A DNA stretch of 63,645 nt, counting the filler, from Asterionella formosa (taxonomy: Eukaryota), in NCBI GenBank assembly GCA_002256025.1. It is 20 parts of 20 records of this genome, joined end to end, with 100 filler letters (N's around TTAATTAATTAA, not from the genome) between each part and the next. Parts side by side here need not be neighbours in the genome. Positions count along the whole stretch, not along the records: positions 56,908 to 61,898 come from NKIB01001632.1; positions 61,999 to 63,645 come from NKIB01001633.1; 18 more parts are not named here. One strand, written 5' to 3'. The notes under the pieces are model-generated. The model was not told where the DNA came from and made no database searches. It saw only the letters and a list, made by a program, of their open reading frames with translations. Shown piece by piece: positions 59,855 through 63,645 of the stretch (position 1 is its first letter; each line of letters opens with the position of its first letter). The translations under genes were made by a program, and so were the position numbers.

Positions 59855-61502
59855 ATGGCGTTTGTTGCAGCTACGCGAAGCGGCGTTCTCGCTGCCGCCA
59901 GGAAGAGTTCCCGTTCGCTCTCCTCTGGTGCCGATCTAATGGCAGGCTCAGGGTGAGTAGGGATGAAAGGAGTCATGGAGAGAAGGCATTGAGGAAGCGG
60001 TTGGTGTATACATGCACGGACGTTCCAGCATCATTTCTGTATTTCCAGTAGTAGCATTTCTGTATTGGAGCAATTCTATTTTCGTATTCCCTCACCAACC
60101 CCCTCTCCCCGAACTTAGCATCTACGGAGGGCTTACCGATCAAGATCGAATCTTCACCAATTTGTACGGAGAGCAGGATTGGCGCTTGAAGGATGCCATG
60201 AAGCGAGGAGACTATCACCTCACTAAGGAAATCATGTGGATGGGCCCTGATTGGATTGTACAGGAGATTAAGGACTCGGGCCTCCGTGGACGTGGAGGAG
60301 CAGGCTTCCCTTCCGGCTTGAAGTGGTCGTTCATGCCCAAGCAAACAGACGGACGGCCATCGTTCTTGGTCGTCAATGCCGACGAAAGCGAACCGGGAAC
60401 GTGCAAGGACCGCGAAATCATGCGCAAGGATCCTCACAAGTTGATTGAGGGATGCTTGATCGCCGGGTACGCCATGAGAGCCCGCGCTGCGTACATTTAC
60501 GTTCGGGGAGAATACTTTAACGAGGCTGTTGTGCTAGACGAAGCCATTCATGAAGCGTACGCGGCTGGGCTACTCGGCAAGAACGCGTGTGGGTCTGGAT
60601 ACGACTTTGATGTTTTCCTTCATCGCGGAGCAGGGGCGTACATTTGCGGAGAAGAGACGGCGTTGATTGAGAGTTTGGAAGGCCGGCCGGGGAAACCCCG
60701 TCTCAAGCCTCCATTCCCAGCTGGAGTTGGGCTATATGGATGCCCAACAACCGTCACGAACGTGGAAACCGTCGCTGTCTCCCCTACCATCCTTCGTCGT
60801 GGTGCGTCCTGGTTCGCCTCGTTTGGAAACGCAAACAATAGAGGAACCAAGCTATTTGGAATCTCTGGTCATGTCAAGAACCCCATGGTTGTCGAAGAGA
60901 GTATGTCTATTCCTCTTCGCGAGCTCATTGAGAAACACTGTGGTGGGATGAGAAATGGGTGGGATTCGCTTCAGGCCTGCATTCCTGGTGGGTCGTCTGT
61001 CCCTGTTTTGAACAAAGCACACTGTGATGATGCGTTGATGGAATTCGATGACTTAAGAAACAGAGGTTCTGGTCTTGGAACTGCTGCTGTCACTATGTTT
61101 GACACTTCAGTTGACATGATTGCTGCCATTCGCCGCCTCTCACACTTTTACAAGCACGAGTCGTGTGGTCAATGCACTCCTTGTCGTGAAGGAACCTCAT
61201 GGTTAGAATCTATTTTGGTTAGAATGGAGAAGGGAGATGCGGATAAGCGTGAAATTCCCATGTTGGAAGAAATTTCTCGTCAGATTGAAGGACACACCAT
61301 TTGTGCTTTGGGCGACGCAGCTGCCTGGCCAATCCAGGGTTTGATTCGCCATTTCAAGAAAGATATCGAAGATAGAATTGATAATCCCGCATCATTCGAC
61401 CACGAGGCTGCCTTCCAGAAGGCATGGAGTGGAGATCCTTTTGACAATGCAGAGTGGGCTGCTGCGCATGGAGATGGACTTACGTATGCATCCTTCAAGT
61501 AG
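59855..61502 (+). CDS. NDUFV1: Complex I 51-kDa flavoprotein subunit (exons 59855-59952, 60119-61502)
   Basis: [41 protein letters not shown] and TICAL motifs; presequence exon splices in frame. Confidence 0.97.
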
Positions 61503-62528
61503 CAAATAAGTATTTAAGAACAAACTTGTATGTATGATACTGGATGTTTGTGCAGGTAGTACACGAATTATTAGTTTTCAGTACCAGGCATCGGTATTCA
61601 TCATTACATTGTGGGATTGTACGATCAATATGCTCAGTGCATAGATAGCATACTGGTACCAGGTAGTTCCCTCGGCTGACCACTATTTGGCAAGCAAACT
61701 CAGATTTTCTTTGGGACTGCCTATTATTAATAATACAAACCACGAAAGCAGAAGCCATTCTCGCTCGTGGAACAGCTGCTAACCTGGTACCGGTATTGTG
61801 GCGGACATATCATCGATAAACTACAAACCGTAGTCCATTAATTTATATTTCTTATGTACATACTGGTACCATGTATATGCACAAATACAGGCATAGTANN
61901 NNNNNNNNNNNNNNNNNNNNNNNNNNNNNNNNNNNNNNNNNNTTAATTAATTAANNNNNNNNNNNNNNNNNNNNNNNNNNNNNNNNNNNNNNNNNNNNTA
62001 TAACAATTCGTTGGCCTTCGAAAGATGCATCTTGTTATGCCACCGGGTAACAGGTACCAGGCTACCGTACATAAAAAAGCAGATTCGCATGCATACGCAC
62101 GTACTTGAACAGCCGTTAATTCTGTATGTACTACTGGCAGTAGCCATATGAATACACTTACAAACAAGCATTCAATAATCTGATGGTACCAGGTACCTGG
62201 TAGGCAATTCGGTATCATTTGATGTCCTTTACGATATACCTGGTACTGGTACCAGGTATCTGTTCCAGAAAGTAACGTGACAAAGACTCGTAAAATGCCA
62301 GTATTCAAAAGCGGCACATGGAAAGTGACGTTCGAAAGAAGTGCTGATCTGGATCCAGAGATGTATTACTTGGATTTCATAATTTCAAAGGACAACCTGT
62401 GAGTCGTAAGATTAATAGCCTACCATGATGGCACAGCTCATGGCTTCTGGTATCCATATTCTTTATTTCTATATCCTGCTGAATTGCTCACATCTCTCTT
62501 CATTCCAGAATATCCTAAGACCGCTATC

Positions 62529-63533
62529 ATGAAGATTTCGATCATCGCCTTTACCGCGTCCATCGCTGGTGCCGCTGCCTTTGTCACTCCCACCGCCTTC
62601 ACTGCATCACGCGTTTCGACCTGTCTTGACGTCTCGAAGGATGATCTCGTCGGCGCCCAGTCCATGATTGACTCCATCGTTGAAGAAAAGAACTGTGGAC
62701 CAGTCTTGGTGCGTCTCGCGTGGCACGATAGCGGAACCTTCGACAAGAATGTCAAGGGTGAATGGCCTGCTGCTGGCGGCGCCATTGGGTCCATCCGCTT
62801 TTCTCCAGAAATCAACCACGGTGCCAATGCAGGTCTGGCCGGGGCCGCCAAGTTGTTGGAGCCTGTCAAGGAGGCCTTTCCCGAAGTATCTTACGCCGAT
62901 ATCTTTCAAATGGCATCTGCTAGATCGATTGCCCTTGCTGGGGGACCAAAGATTGACATGAAGTATGGTCGTGTGGATGCTAGTGACCCGTCTCAATGTT
63001 CGCCGGAAGGTAACTTGCCAGACGCTGAAGCGGGCCCCGAAGGCAAGTATGGTGGATCTGGAGGAACTGCCTCGACGGAAGACACGACTCCCAACGGCCA
63101 TTTGCGCAAGGTGTTTTATCGTATGGGATTGAATGATGAAGAAATTGTCGCATTGTCCGGTGCTCATACTTTTGGACGTGCTTACAAAGACCGATCTGGG
63201 TTGGGTGCCGAAAAGACAAAATTCACTGATGGATCTCCACAGCCCCGAGCAGATGGAACTGATGCCAAGTACACTCCAGGTGGTTCAAGTTGGACGGACA
63301 AGTGGTTGATCTTCGATAACAGCTATTTCAAAATAATGCCTGATCCTAACGCCGATCCCGAACTCCTCAAGCTTTCAACAGACAAGACCTTGTTCGGTGA
63401 CGATTCCTTCCGCCCTTTCGCCGAAAAGTTTCGCGATAGCCAGGACGACTTCTTCACTTCTTACGCCAACGCTCACAAGAAGCTGTCTGAGCAGGGATCT
63501 AAGTTTGACCCCCCTGAAGGCATTACTCTTTAA
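62529..63533 (+). CDS. APX: Plastid-type ascorbate peroxidase (class I haem peroxidase)
   Basis: VRLAWHDSGT, SYAD.FQ.A, FYRMGL.D.EIVALSGAHT.GR and W..FDNSYF motifs; signal peptide ending AAA-FV. Confidence 0.95.
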   Translation: MKISIIAFTASIAGAAAFVTPTAFTASRVSTCLDVSKDDLVGAQSMIDSIVEEKNCGPVLVRLAWHDSGTFDKNVKGEWPAAGGAIGSIRFSPEINHGANAGLAGAAKLLEPVKEAFPEVSYADIFQMASARSIALAGGPKIDMKYGRVDASDPSQCSPEGNLPDAEAGPEGKYGGSGGTASTEDTTPNGHLRKVFYRMGLNDEEIVALSGAHTFGRAYKDRSGLGAEKTKFTDGSPQPRADGTDAKYTPGGSSWTDKWLIFDNSYFKIMPDPNADPELLKLSTDKTLFGDDSFRPFAEKFRDSQDDFFTSYANAHKKLSEQGSKFDPPEGITL

Positions 63534-63645
63534 GTGTGTATGTAGAAACAAACCCACCTCGGCGAGCTATAGTAAATAGTTAAACTTTGTTTAGTTAATG
63601 ACATTGCGATTACTCACTTGGAATTATCTGCTGCAAAATAATTGG

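Noticed and set aside
19126..61502. Complex I gene cluster (NDUFAF7 plus NDUFV1)
   Set aside because: Different contigs joined artificially
62607..63167. Long antisense ORFs over APX and other genes
   Set aside because: Shadow frames of real coding sequence

Overview
Eukaryotic nuclear DNA, very probably from a diatom. The evidence is short GT-AG introns, bipartite signal-plus-'AF' plastid presequences, and diatom-type copia and Harbinger elements. The window is not one locus. One contig (1-27051) is followed by unrelated contigs, nearly all about 1.65 kb, joined by 19 artificial 100-nt spacers (44 N + TTAATTAATTAA + 44 N), so adjacency after 27051 has no biological meaning. The first contig carries a glyoxalase/VOC gene inside long inverted repeats, a long-chain acyl-CoA synthetase, three small CxxC zinc-knuckle-like genes, a foldback MITE, NDUFAF7, an atypical MutY head-to-head with an RHL1-like gene, a thioesterase and the 3' end of a Tc1/IS630-like transposase. 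The small contigs carry Harbinger and copia fragments, tandem arrays (762, 501 and 92 bp) and partial or complete genes: ARM pseudogene, GATase/SIS-like fusion, MscS-like channel, Mpo1-like, GNAT, ATAD5-like, GT8, NDUFV1 and APX. I found no demonstrable new multi-gene system. The best leads are listed as findings. All family calls are by eye and were not checked against databases.
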